In this document: piece after piece, positions 1 to 13,063 of the stretch
Layout of the letters: every line of letters starts with the position of its first letter
Numbering within the stretch: position 1 is the first letter of the stretch
Assembly: GCF_902713615.1 (NCBI RefSeq)
Contig: NC_052165.1
Span: 19,162,522-19,226,521 of the forward strand
Direction: 5' to 3'
DNA from: Scyliorhinus canicula
Lineage: Eukaryota
Length of the DNA stretch: 64,000 nt
The notes under the pieces: generated by a model
The model's database searches: none
What the model saw: only the letters and a program-made list of their open reading frames with translations
What the model was told of the DNA's origin: nothing
Program-made: the position numbers and the translations under genes

Positions 1-994
1 GGTGGATTGAACATGCTAAATTGCCCCTTAATTGGAAAAAATGAATTGGGTACTCTAAATTTTTTTTTTAAAGTAGGAATTTGACCAGTGGTGATGATGG
101 AATTGCAAAATCTCCAAGTCTGTTTTGTGACTTGGAGTGAACTTGGAAATTATGATGTTTCCATGTACCTGAACCTCTTGTTCTTCTGAATGATGAGTTC
201 ACAGGTTTAGTGGGTGCTGCCGAAGAAACCTTGATAACTTGCCGCAGTGCATCCTGTAGTTGGAAGCACTGTAACTATGGTACTCAAATGGGGGAAGGAT
301 TAAACACCCAATCTGGTGATTGGAGGGCCAATCAAGCAGACTGTCCTGATGGTGCCGAGCTTCTTCAATTCTGTTGTTGCTGCACCTATCCAGGTAGGTG
401 GAGATCATTCCACCATACTCGTATATTGTGCCTTGCAGCTGGTGGAGAGGCTTTGAGTCATCACTTGCTAGAGAATATGCAACCTCTGACTTGCTGCAGT
501 GGGCATGGCATTCATGTGGCTGGTCCAGTTGAGTTGCGGTTTAACCGAGTATTCTGAATTTAACAACAGCAGACTTCTTTCAGTAACCTGTCAGGCTGAC
601 TAATACAAATGTACAGTAGGAAATGCGTCTTCCTTGAAACTGATAGGCTGGGAATGCTTTGATCAATGTAACTTAAGAGCCATGGGATAGGCTGGGAAGG
701 CTTTGATCAATGATACCGAAGAGCCATGGACAAATAAGAGGCTGCTACTCACAGTGCTGCTTCTCAGTGGCTGGCATTCTCCATTCCCTGCTGCTGTGAT
801 TGGGAATCCCGGTCAGGCGGAGAATGGATCTTCAGCTGAAAAATGGGATCGGCGATGGGCGGCAGTCCCATTCCCATTCTCTGCTTCCCTACTGCCGGCC
901 ATTGTGTGCTACCCACCCTGCACCACCAGAAACATGCAAAGTGTTGATTTGGATGCATTAGTAGCATGCAATTAATGGGCTGGAGCCCGCTCTC

Positions 995-1040
<46 letters not shown>
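995..1040. repeat. Poly-C tract (others at ~4764-4788 and ~31307-31347)
   Basis: Read directly from the sequence. Confidence 0.9.
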
Positions 1041-4000
1041 ATGTGTTGTTCCAGCCCCCACACTAGGAAATCCACCCGGCAAGCTTTGGTGTAAGTATGG
1101 CCAAGCGCAGCCCTGGCACAGTGGACTCCGAGGTCAAGGGGGTCATTACATAGCTAATAAGCAGTCCAGTCAGTTCAGTGAAGAATCGATGCAGGAAGAC
1201 TTTCCCTTTCATCACATCTGCTCCCTCAGCCCTATGCCTTTAGAAATTGCAGATTTTTGAAGTGTCAGAGGCTTCCTTGAAAGCCCACAACACTTGAAGA
1301 GACTTCAAATCCCCTGAGATCCTTTGAATTGCTAAGCGTCCAATCAATTTCACAGAGCAGTACCTTTCACTAGCTTGTGATTGACAGCTTAATTGTTCAG
1401 ACACAGCTCCTACGGTTTTGTTTATTTATCTTTCCCTTTATGCTTGAAGCGTCTCAGGTACCCTCCATTGATGCTACCCACAATGTTTATAAACACTCTT
1501 GTTATGATTGACAGATGATGACTACATCAAGGCTGCTAAGTGCTTTCTGAAGTGAAAGCACCAAGAGTAGCTAATCAGCATCTCTAACTGGATACAAAGC
1601 CCATGTGAGGCACATTTCCATGGTGATGGTCTTTGAATTAGGAAGGGTACAAAGGAAGCTATTGTGATAGTGGGTTACAGGATTTCCTAAAATATTGTGG
1701 TGAGATTAGCCGACCAAACTGTGAGAGAGTAACAAAAGGCTGAAATGTCTCTATGGTTCATTATATTGAAAACCGGCATTTGCACAGATTTTCTGTTGCC
1801 TGCTGCTGGTAGCAGGTTTCCCGATCCAGCAGAAAATGGAGTGCCAGAAAATGGAATTGGCGGTTCTGATCCTCCAGTCCCCCAGCGCCGGCAAGCAACG
1901 GGCCATACTGGCGGCAACATAATGGGTGTGAAGCCCAATTCTCCAAGGCCTCTCATCTGGGAGTCATGCAGTCGTGAATTAGTTTAAGTGTTTTAAAGCA
2001 TGGCCCTGATGTGATGGATTCCTGCATTGGGTCAAGGGGTCAGTGCATGACGGAGTTGCCCCCCTCCCCAAAGGTCCACCAGAAGACCCTCTTCTCCCCT
2101 CAATGCAAATACTGCCCCCCTCAGCCCAAACACCTAACCCATCAGTGCTTTATTTTTAATAAATTTAGAGTACCCAATTATTTTTGTCCCAATTAAGGGG
2201 AAATCTAGCATGGCCAATTTATCTATCGTGCATATCTTTTCAGATTATGGGGGTGGGACTCATGCAGACATGAGCAGAATGTGAAAACTCCACAAAAACA
2301 GTGACCCGGGCCAGGATTGAACCTGGGTCCCCAGTGCCTTGAGGCAGCACTGCTAGCCACTGCGTCACCTTACCAGCCCTTCATCTGTGCTTTCTGCTAT
2401 GAAAAAGAGGAAATCAAAGCACTTATCTGCTTTTGATGTGGTGAGGAACTATCAATTATAGCAAGAGTGTTTATAAACATTATGGGTAGCGTCAAATCAA
2501 AGTACTTCAGATCCATTCAAGCGTGAATGGAAAGATAGCTCAACAATCCACCAAGCAGCTGTCTCAGCCGTAATAAAACAATCAATCACTGGCTAATGCA
2601 ATATATTGCTGTATGAAATTGAATGGAATATTTACATTTCAAAGGCTGTCAAGGGATTTGAAACTCTCTGATGTATGTTTGGCTTTCGAGGAAGCTTCTG
2701 ACACTTGTAACAGTTGCTGTTTTCGTGAAAGGGTGATTTTGGGGGTCTCTGATTGTAGTGTCTGTTGGGGGGTTCTGATCGGGGTCTCTGTTGGGGGGGG
2801 GGTCTGATGGAGGCCTTTTATTTTGTTGCAGTAAATGTATTAAAATGTGAAGTCTTGTTGAGTCATCCGTTCAGCAACTAACTGGAATTTCTTTCCGAAG
2901 TTACCAGTCTACAGGAGTGACCATACTTTCCATTGCTATGGTTGCTGCAGCCTCAAAGATCAATGTCCAGTTGAACGGTTCTAACCCAAGCTGGTGTCCT
3001 TTTAATTGGAAACCCTTCCTTTGACATATTTGTCCCACCCAACTGATTAATCGGGAGAACCCAAGAGCAGGATTTTAATGCCGTGGCTCATCCAAAGACC
3101 TTGACAAAACCCAGTCTTGACTGTCAGCGAGTTTACAGCCGTTGATGGCCACTTCATTTTGCCAGAGACCAAGTTCAGCAAATACCACTAATGTTTCAGA
3201 GCGATGAATTTTCATTAGAATTTACAGTTTTGCCTTGCAACAAATATCAATTCATCTACCCTACTGTCAGTTATTGCTGTGAGAAATGTAACGGCCTCTT
3301 CTGACATGGAGGTTTTTTTGTTTATTTTCTGTTATCCTAATTCATTGCTGTAAATTACTCAGCAATGTATGCACTATTTTACTGTACTTATATGAATAGA
3401 CTCCAATAAAGGTTCATTTTCTCTTCAAGCAATTAGATGGGAAAACATTTCAAGCAATTGGATGCCCCCAAAACACTGCTTCAATTATCGAGCACATGCA
3501 TTTAGGATTGGCCGCAGCGGGAAATATATATATTTCTCTGGTTGTAAGGGTTAATGATCTTGTAAATTGACTTTGTCGACCATTGTTTCACCTCTAAAGA
3601 GCACAGCCTAGTGGTGGCAAGTGCTACTACGTATTTTTGCCCAGCAGCAAATAGTATGGGCTGGATTCTGCGCCACGCCACTTTTCAGCCCCGACCCACC
3701 AGCGGGATTCTCCGTTACGCCAGCCGGTCAGTGGGGCTTCCTATTGTGGGGCAGCTCCATGCCGTTGGGAAACCCCCGGGCGCTGGCAAAACGGAGATGC
3801 ATCCCACATACAATGTATTTATTTTGTTTAAAATTGCATGTGTTAAAAATGTTAACAGATCATAGGGTTGAGATAACATCCTAAACTCTGAGAGTGATGC
3901 TGAAGTTGCTTAATATGCATCCAACCTCATACATGGGACAGAAATTGTTCTCTCAGGCCCTTTCCTAACATGATGTTGGAAACGCAATTTGATGTTTCTC

Positions 4001-5517
4001 GTACGTTTCTTTGTTTTATTGCTGCTGGTGAAATCACACTTGTGGTAAGTTATTAACACCTATGTTTGCAGGTAAAAATATTTTTTATTTGAAAAGTGTT
4101 AATGTCACATTTACAAGAGTAATTTCCTTAATGTGTGTTTTTTTTTAAGAAGCGGTTTCCAGAATTCAACCCTGGTTACCAATGATTCTTTTAACAATTA
4201 TTTATAAACATCCATAATAAGAGAAATATATATTTATTTAAAAAATTATTCTGAACTCTTGCACACATTTCTTTTGGCTAGAATAACCATCTTCATTGTG
4301 GGGGAGAATTGGACTCTGTGGATGTGCACTTTCACCTGTCTGCAGTCTGTTTCTTTCCCGAAGTAGATCAATACTTGATCATAGAATTTACAGTGCAGAA
4401 GGAGTCCATTCGGCCCATCAAGTCTGCACCGGCTCTTGGAAAGAGCACCCTACCCAAGCCCATACCTCCACCCTATCCCCATAACCCAGTAACCCCACCC
4501 GACACTAAGGGCAATTTAGCATGGCCAGTCCACCTAACCTGCACATCTTTGGACTGTGGGAGGAAACCGGAGCACCCGGACGAAACCCACGCACACACGG
4601 GGAAAACTTAGTGATCTAAGCACCAACAATAGGAACACGAGGGCTGGGATTTTCCGCTCCCATTTACATCGGGCGGGTTTGGTGGCGAGAGGGGAAAATA
4701 TCACTAGATGGCCAAAATCGCATTTCATGTCAGGCTTAAAGACCGTAGCGATCGTCCCTTACAGCCCCCCCCCCCCCCCCCCCCCCCCAAAAACCCCCTT
4801 CAAAGTTCTGAACCTCATTGTAACACGTCATGCTTGGGCCCATACGCCAGAATCATCCCCCAGTGTCAAATAATTCAAATAATAACAGCGACGGACATCT
4901 CCTCTCCAAAGACTTGCAGCTGACGAGTGATACACCGAGGGAAGCATGGCAGCGTGTGCAGTGCTCTGATGGCCATCTTTCCGACTATAATATATTTGAT
5001 ATGTTCTTTTTACCATTCCGAGTTCATTTTAATAGTGGCAGTGGGGTAAGGGAAGGGGGCATGTTTGATTGGTAGCGGCATAAGTAGTTATCAGCAAAAT
5101 TGTGTGAATTGAGGTATTCTATTGATCCAAGCAGCTCTCTTCAAAAGTACACCGCACTAATATCACTTCCCTAGTATTAAACCTATTTTCATGGTACCAA
5201 TCATAGTGGCAGGGCAAGTCACCCATGAAAATGATATTGTATTCACTGGTCTATAATCCTGGTTCAGGGCTCAGGTTTTGAATAGCATTGACGTTGTACT
5301 AAGATGATCATTTTCATTGGATTCCTTTTACTGGTACACCCCTCTCCAAAATATTCATTATTCTTGTTAATGAGTTTTAATAAGGGAGACAACAGATGAC
5401 TATCCACTTTTACAAACATCAACTGTGTTAATAACAAAGTGAGTGGAATATTGATTTATCTAGAATGCAGATTTTAATCTGTTTTATTAAAAGATTCTTT
5501 GTTCTGTTATTTTGCAG

Positions 5518-5581
5518 TTAAGATTCTGGACAATGACTGCAAGGAAATGAACCGCAACAATCTGGGGAATATTGTGGTTAA
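5518..5581 (+). CDS. ACSS3: ACSS3 internal coding exon (first in window): (V)KILDNDCKEMNRNNLGNIVVK
   Basis: Acceptor ttttgcag, donor gtaagt. Matches recalled ACSS3 segment VMILDDNMQKLKARCLGNIVVK. Phase joins the next exon (AA|G). Confidence 0.9.
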
Positions 5582-6231
5582 GTAAGTGAGAATGGAAACA
5601 TACCAACAATAGCTATTCCAAGATGTAATCAAGATTATTATTCCTTTTAAATCAACAGATTGCATCTTTCTTTTATTACGTAGACTATGCAAATCAACCT
5701 CTGAAAAGGTATTGATCAAACCTTTTCAATCCAACCCAGACCCATGAGGCGCTGTGTCATTGTTAGGATGAAGAATATTTTTTCAAGTGAGGCTATCACC
5801 TTTTTATTGATATATTGGGCACGATTCAAAGAAAACTTTTCAAAATGTGGTTTTGGGCACATTTGGTGTTTCACGGCGGCCACATTGACGAGATCGCGGA
5901 CCGTATTCAATGGCCATTTCGAGCCAAAAATGACCCACCCCCCTCAAAGTCCATGCTTTGGTTTAGCTGGTTTAGCTCACTGGGCTACATCGCTGGCTTT
6001 TAAAGCAGACCAAGCAAGCCAGCAGCATGGTTCGATTCCCGTACCAGCCTCCCCGGACAGGCGGCGGAATGTGGCGTCTAGGGGCTTTTCACAGTAACTT
6101 CATTGAAGCCTACTCGTGACAATAAGCGATTTTCATTTCATTTCATTTTCATGAGATTCTCGATATTACTGACTGTCTCGCCGTCTGATGCACCCAACCC
6201 GTGTCTCAGCACTCCCAGTCAGCATGCAAGC

Positions 6232-6447
6232 ATGGTAGCGCGTTGACCCGCTCCTCGCTTTGAGGATGGCAACCTCACAATTCTGCTTAACATTGTGGAT
6301 GAGAGGTGGGGCCACCCTGTTCCCCCGAGGGGTCGGAGGACAAATGAAGGGTCAGCATTGGTGGTGGCTGTCAGTGCAGGTAGCGTGATCAGGAGGACCA
6401 TTGTCCAATGTTGGACGAAGACAAACTACCTCCATCAAGCTGCAAGG
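6232..6447 (+). pseudogene. Harbinger Myb/SANT-like DNA-binding protein exon 1 (stop and frameshift)
   Basis: MVAR*PAPRFEDGNLTILLNIVDER...AVSAGSVIRRTIVQCWTKTNYLHQAAR followed by gtaagt. Fits the Myb/SANT-like pattern of Harbinger ORF2. Confidence 0.7.
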
Positions 6448-6523
6448 GTAAGTTACCACCTCCTAGCATCAGTTCTGCCTGACACCCCTCAAATTCCCAA
6501 TCTCTCCTCCCCCTCCCCCTCCC

Positions 6524-6526
<3 letters not shown>

Positions 6527-6562
<36 letters not shown>
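6527..6562. repeat. (CA)n microsatellite
   Basis: Read directly from the sequence. Confidence 0.95.
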
Positions 6563-6565
<3 letters not shown>

Positions 6566-7234
6566 TCACTGACTGACACCTCGCACCCTCCCTACATCCG
6601 ATCTTCATGCTTCTAAGGCATGGCTCAATCTGTGACAACCATGGCTGAGGGATTCGACATGTCCCAGTTGCTAAGGGACGTGCCCCAGATGCAGGTGGAC
6701 ATTCCCGAGGTGCTCCTGAACATGGCCCAGTCATTGAGGACCATGATGCAGACATTGGTGAGACTCCAGGACTGGCAATGTCAGAGGACTCCGAGGCCTG
6801 TGGAACTCACTCTAGCTGCCCGTCCATCCCATGGAGCCCCCCAGGGCCCTACGGGTACCAGCAGGGAGGGGGAAGTTCTGGAGGCCAACCCGAGACCTGC
6901 CACCAAAGAGACAACAGCGGTCTCCAGTTCTTCGAATTCCCCCCGATCCTGACTCTGGTGCATCTAAAGAACAGCGGGCAGAAAGTGCCACAGCGATGCC
7001 AGTGTCACCAATAAGTTGGCTGTGGAACCCTCTGGCTCCAGGCCTTCTAGGGGATGTCCGCTAAGGGCAGCAAAGGCCACAGGGCACGGAAAGCAGCAGG
7101 CTGCCTCCACTTCTGATCTGCATCCTGGGGAGACACCTAGACGTAGCATAGACCATGGAACATTACGAAGAGAGAGTGAACCCTATCTGTAGCCAGGGGG
7201 AATGGAAATCTATCACAGTAAAATGTTCACTATT

Positions 7235-7461
7235 TTTTTCTATAAATTTAGAGTACCCAATTAATTTTTTCCAATTGGGGGGCAATTTAGCGTGGCCAAT
7301 CCGCCTACCCTGCACATCTTTGGGTTGTGGGGGCGAAACCCACGCAAACACGAGGTGAATGTGCAAACTCCACACGGACAGTGACCCAGAGCCAGGATCG
7401 AACCTGGGACCTTGGGGCCGTGAGATGGCAGTGCTAACCACTGTGCCACCGTGCTGCGCCT
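7235..7461 (-). mobile_element. Short-tail HE1-like SINE with a 16-bp TSD (taaaatgttcactatt)
   Basis: TSD at 7219-7234 and 7462-7477. Same subfamily at 1-70, 2151-2379, 21620-21844, 22745-22955, 62395-62615. Confidence 0.9.
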
Positions 7462-7999
7462 TAAAATGTTCACTATTAAAACATGTCACACCTCATACGT
7501 GGGAAGCCTCTGTCACATTAATCTTCACAGCAGGCCTGCCCGCACCCTGACCCCCCGCCCCCCGGGCATAGTGGTCCAAGGTCTAAAGGATGGGCGTGAG
7601 TACATTGTCAGCAGAGAGATGGGTCAGACTTTATCAGAATCTGAGAAGGACCAGAGTTTTCGATAAAGCGAGTAGTCATGGTGACCCGCTGACAGTGCTG
7701 AGACTGGCCCAACACACTGGAGTGATGTTACACAGACCCTTTGAGGGTGTACTGGGTGGCCAGGGAGGGAGTGGTGTGATGGGGCACAGGGAATAGGGGA
7801 GGTGTTTGGGAGGGGGGAATTGGGGGGACGGTGGGGATTAGGGGAGAGGGAGGATTTGGGAGAGGGAGGGGAATGGGGTGAGGGGGGCTTGGGAAGGAGG
7901 GGAATGGTGGGAAAGGAGGGGAATGGGGTGGAGTGGGGTTTGGGAGGGAGGGAAGTTGGGGGGGGGGGTTTGCTGGTTTAGCTGATGGACACAGCCTTG

Positions 8000-8905
8000 T
8001 CCTAGGAGAATCTGGAAACAATGAGGGCCTCCCTGGTCCTCACAAGTCGGGCCCTCGCGACCGCATGTCCTCCACCCTCCGGCACCTCCTCGGGTTCGCA
8101 CTCCAACCTCTCCTCGGGCAGCCCTCCTCCTCCAGTGTGTCGCCCCGCTGCTGTGCCAGATTGTGAAGAGCACAGCAGACCAAACAAGTAGGAGACCCTC
8201 TGGGGAATGTACTGCAAGGCTGAACAGAACAGTCGAGGCATCGCAGGCCGATGCACCGCTCAATGAAAGCACGGGTGGCAACATGGACCTTGTTGTAATG
8301 GGTCTCCACCTCGTTCTCAGGTCTCCACACCGGCATCATCAGCCATGGCCTCAGCGGGTATCTGGTGTCCCCCAAGAGCCAACCAGTCATCTTGGGGTGG
8401 TTCTCAAAGACACCGGCTATCTCGGAGTACCCCAGGATGTAGCTGCCATACCCACTACCAGGGTAGCGGGCACACGTGCATGATTCTGAGGTGGCGGTCG
8501 CATACGATCTGACCATTCAGGACGCAGAACCGCTTCCTATTAATATAGGGAACTCCTTAATGCCCGGTGCTCGCAGTGTAACATGCGTGCCGTCGATTAC
8601 CCCCTGGACCTGGGGCATCCTGGCAATGGAACCGAATCTTGCAGCCCCGGATTCTTGGTAGATCTAGTCCAGTTGGAAGGTGATCTAGTTGGATACCCGA
8701 GCATACTGAGCATTCGTAACCTCCTGGATGCACCTGTGGTTGGGAGGATTGGGCTATGCCACACAGGTCCCCGTTCGAGCCCTATCTGTTGACATAAAGG
8801 TTCAGGGCTGCAGTGAGCTTCATGGCCACTAGGAGCAGGTGCTCTCTACGGGGTGCCATGCCCGTGAGGGCGTGGCACAGGTGCTGCATTGCCTCCCTGC
8901 TGAGA
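8000..8905 (-). pseudogene. Harbinger DDE transposase (HARBI1-like, DDE_Tnp_4), frameshifted
   Basis: Motifs QVQGVIDGTHV (~8583-8610), ARYPGS, GWLLGDTRYPLRPWLM and IERCIG. All three DDE residues are recognisable. Confidence 0.9.
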
Positions 8906-9756
8906 CACAGTAATCATAGAATCACAGAAGGAGGCCATTCGGCCCATTGAGTCTGTACTGACCCTCTGAAAGAGAACTCCACACAAGCCCATTTTCCACC
9001 CTATAGCAATAATATATCTTCTACAGCACATGGTGTCTCAGCTCATTGAATAACCAACAATGCCTGTACATCTTGGTCCGTCGCTGGCCTCCCCATCTAT
9101 GTCCCTCCTCCGCCTGATGGGCGGCCAGGTCTTCAGGGTGTGCGCCGGCCCCCTGCACATGGGATATAGCCTGCAGCTTGTGTTGGTGTTGCTGCTGTCT
9201 CTAAAATCTGCCGGCCTGGGCTGCCTGAAGCACAGCGAGGGCCGACTCCGCAGACATCTCCAGCAAACATCTGGAAGGAATTGGAGATTGAGAGACCAAC
9301 GATCAGATTGGGCTTCCACCCCGGAATTCCTCAAATCCCGCAAGCCTCCCCCACCCTTACCACGTCACGCTTTCTCTCACGAGTTGTCATCGAGCGAGCC
9401 AGTTGTGCTGGCAAACCTCGCTCTGCACACTCACCCCGGCCACATCAGGAGCCCCCAGACTCCGGCAGCAACATTAGGGAGGCCATGCTCAGCTGCCCTC
9501 TGCTCGTCCATACACTTACCCTGTGGCAGCTATGGCGCTGATGATCCTCGGGTTCAGGCACACTGTTTGGGCATCAACGTTTCCTGTACCTGGCAAATGG
9601 GCCTTCGAGGTGGCACTTGAGAGTTGAGGACTGTGAAGTCCTATCACAACTAACAAGACTAATTCCTCATTTGAAATAGCCTGCAGCTGTGAAGCTGGAG
9701 GCTGCTCACAGTCTAATGGAGTGAAATTGATTTCAGGATAGAAACCACAGCATAAT

Positions 9757-10115
9757 GGGCAGCACGGTAGCATTGTGGATAGCACAACAGCTTCACAGCT
9801 CCTGGGTTCCAGGTTCGATTCCGGCTTGGGTCACTGTCTGTGCGGAGTCTGCACATCCTCCCTGTGTGTGCGTGGGTTTCCTCCGGGTGCTCCGGTTTCC
9901 TCCCACAATCCAAAGATGTGCAGGTTAGGTGCACATTGGCCATGATAAATTGCCCTTAGTGTCCAAAATTGCCCTTAGTGTTGGGTGGGGTTACTGGGTT
10001 ATGGGGATAGGGTGGAGGTGTTGACCTTGGGTAGGGTGCTCTTTCCAAGAGCCGGTGCAGACTCGATGGGCCGAATGGCCTCCTTCTGCACTGTAAATTC
10101 TATGATATCTATGAT
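9757..10115 (+). mobile_element. Full-length HE1-like V-SINE with CR1-derived tail
   Basis: tRNA head gggcagcacggtagc...ggttcgattcc, V-domain gggtttcctccgggtgctccggtttcctccc, tail gggccgaatggcctccttctgcactgtaaattctatga. Confidence 0.9.
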
Positions 10116-10227
10116 AATGTGTCCTGAAAGTGTTTGGTAGGACATATAGTGAGTTGCTGCAGTGCACTGTACTTTATACACACGGAAGCCATCCTGTAGT
10201 GGAGAAGCGGTAGTTTAAGCAATTTAC

Positions 10228-10553
10228 GTAGAATTTACAGTGCAGAAGGAGGCCATTCGGCCCATCGAGTCTGCACCGGCTCCTGGAAAGAGCACCTTAC
10301 CCAAGGTTAACACCTCCACCCTATCCCCATAACCCAGTAACCCCACCCAACACTAAGGGCAATTTATCATGGCCAATTCACCTAACCTGCACATCTTTGG
10401 ACTGTGGGAAGAAACCGGAGCTCCCGGAGGAAACCCATGCACACATGGGGAGGATGTGCAGACTCCGCACAGACAGTGACCCAAGCTGGAATCGAACCTG
10501 GGACCCTGGAACTGTGAAGCGATTGTGCTATCCACAATGCTACCGTGCTGCCC
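10228..10553 (-). mobile_element. HE1-like SINE (inverted relative to the 9757 copy)
   Basis: Near-identical reverse complement. Other CR1-tailed copies: 4378-4606(-), 11417-11728(-), 15113-15443(-), 27340-27670(-), 40931-41280(+), 47540-47722(-). Confidence 0.9.
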
Positions 10554-13063
10554 TGAGTATTCCATCACATTCATGACTCCTGCCTTGTACGTGATGGAAA
10601 AGATTTGGGGAGTCAGGAGGTGAGCCACTCATGAGAGAATACCCTGCCTCTGACCTGCTGTAGTAACCACTCTGGCCCAGTTCCCATTTTGATTGTGGGA
10701 AGGATTTAGTGATAATCCCATTAAATATCAGGGGAGATGGTTGCGTCCCCTTGTGTTGGAGATGATTATTGCCTGTCACAAATGTTGCTCACTGTTTATT
10801 GGTAAAGCCAGAACTTGCTGCCTGCCCATATGGAATGCGCCGTCTTCTAAAGAGTTTTGAATGGAACAGATTGCTGAAATCATCAGCAAACATCCCAATT
10901 TGTGATGTTTTGGTGCAAGATAAGCCTTTGGGCATGAGATGAAAATATGGATGTTAGCCTGCGGACCTATTGCATTGATGTCCTGATGTGAGATGATTTG
11001 CCTCCTGCAATCACACAATCTTACTTTGTGCCTCTAGTCATTGAGAGTCTCTCCTCCCCCCACATCAATCCACTGATTTCAGTTGTTCAAAGGCTCCTTA
11101 GTTCGACACTTAGTTGAATATAACCTGTTGATTGGAAGTAATTTTTGGCTGAATTCAAAAACACATTATTCAGTCATTTGTATTGAACATTTGCATTCAA
11201 AGGTACAACATCTCCTTATGCACAATTCAAATTTGAATGATCAAGTGATTCAAATGTGAATTACCAAGTCATTCAGATTAAATTGCATTGAATAAACAGG
11301 AGTCGATTGCAATTTATAATGTGCTGTGGTTGATGCATAATTCATATTTAGTTGTGACTTATTCTAAAATGCAAGAAAACAGTTAACTGACAAATAATTA
11401 AATTAATATGTTGTACATAGAACAGAGAACATACAGTGCAGAAGGAGGCCATTCGGCCCATCGAGTCTCCCACTTAAGCCCTCACTTCCACCCTATCCTA
11501 ATAACCCCATCTAACCTTTTTGGACACTCCTAACCTTTTATTGCCATGGACAATTTATCATGGTCAATCCACCTAACCTGCACGTCTTTGGACTGGGAGG
11601 AAACCGGAGCACCCGGAGGAAACCCACGCAGACACAGGGAGAACGTGCAGACTCCCAGCAGGGAATCGACCCTGGTAGTCTGGTGCTGTGAAGCCTCAGT
11701 GCTAGCCACGTGTGCTACCGTGCTGCCCTAGAAATCAGTAAAATCAGTTGAAATTGCTATGCCACTCTTATCCAGAGGATATAACGTGTGGACACATTTG
11801 ATCTGTTTTAAGGAGTACAATAGATTGTCTTTGGTGTACAAAAAGGTCTCGTTTTTTCGTGATATATGGAATATAACTGGAGGGTAGTTTTTCTGTTCTC
11901 AGTAATTGTGGGCACTGGCTTGAAATAAACCATAGGGCTGGATAATTGTGTGAAAATCAATATTCAGCTGGCTTCCGACCTATTCTGTACAATGCACAAT
12001 GTGGATTTTTAAAAACAGGCTGAAGTTTTTCCACATAAAGTGTATAAATATTGAAATAAATGGCAATGGTGGTAAAATAACAGTGCAATTTTCTAATGTT
12101 TCTCGTGCAAAATGTACTTTGCGCAAGTAACTGTGAAAAAGGGAGAGTGATTGAAATTGGACTGCAGAGAGCACCAATCCTAAACAATTTTTACAGAGAT
12201 ATTTAGCAGCAACATCTTGATTGCTGCTGTAGCGGTGAATATCCCACATCTATTCTTACCTATTATCTGAGGGAAAACTGCCATTGGATGTAACAAATGC
12301 ATTTTCTTCTTCTAAATGAAGCTGACCTACATAATCTCCCTCGCATGGATGACAGTGCTCGTGGTTGCCACGGTCACCACAGCTATGGGTTTGTAAGCTT
12401 CAGGTTCATTTCAAGCTACTCCAGAGGTACCAGAAATTTAAGTCAATTTTCATGGAACAATTGCATTGCTCGCCAGGGTAAATATTTTCACACGTTTCTC
12501 CACGGGAAAACTGGCAGGAGAATTTGTCCAATGTTTTCACATTGTAGGCTTTCCCAAAACCAGAGCGTTACTATTGGCATCGCCATCTCCAGCCAGCCTC
12601 CTGCTCACACAGTCCTGTGACCTCATCGTACCACAAGGGGGCTCACTTCACCAGTACTCGGGTAAGTCAGTAAACCAGGACGAGCATGCAGGTCACGGTT
12701 TGTTTTCCAACAGAGGATAATGATTGGTTTGGGACACCCCTCCATTGTCCCGTCCACTTGAAGGGGAAGGCAGACAGCAACACTATCACTTAGGAAAGCA
12801 GGTTTACCTCTTTCTCCCTGGCCCATTAGCCAACTGATACAGTCACAAAGGTGTGAAGATGCAATGAGGTCCACTTGGCAAAAATAGTCATTAATGAATA
12901 TACTATATGCATCTTGAAGAAGGTTTTGACACGTCGGGGCCAGTACAGTGTTGCTAGGTTTTCTGAAAGTATTATAATCTATTGGCAGAGAATTTAGTTC
13001 AGCTTTATCAACGAGGAGAAATGTTGGGAGATCTGCTCCATTCCAAATTTAATCGTTTTCACC

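Larger units (their letters stand above)
5817..9750. mobile_element. Decayed two-ORF PIF/Harbinger transposon (Myb-like ORF on +, transposase on -), interrupted by SINEs and a CR1 tail
   Basis: TIR-like start gggcacgattc at 5817 and both Harbinger ORFs in convergent orientation. Right end is approximate. Confidence 0.75.

Noticed and set aside
764-1075. Poly-Gly and poly-Pro ORFs (also 4556-4923 and 31133-31501)
   Set aside because: They are translations of poly-C tracts.
8000-8905. Host HARBI1 gene
   Set aside because: It has frameshifts and stops, is paired with a Myb-like ORF, and has several related fragments nearby, so it is a transposon fossil.
9757-9830. tRNA genes (A and B boxes here, at 30416, 40931 and elsewhere)
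   Set aside because: The heads continue into SINE bodies with tails and TSDs. No complete cloverleaf is evident.
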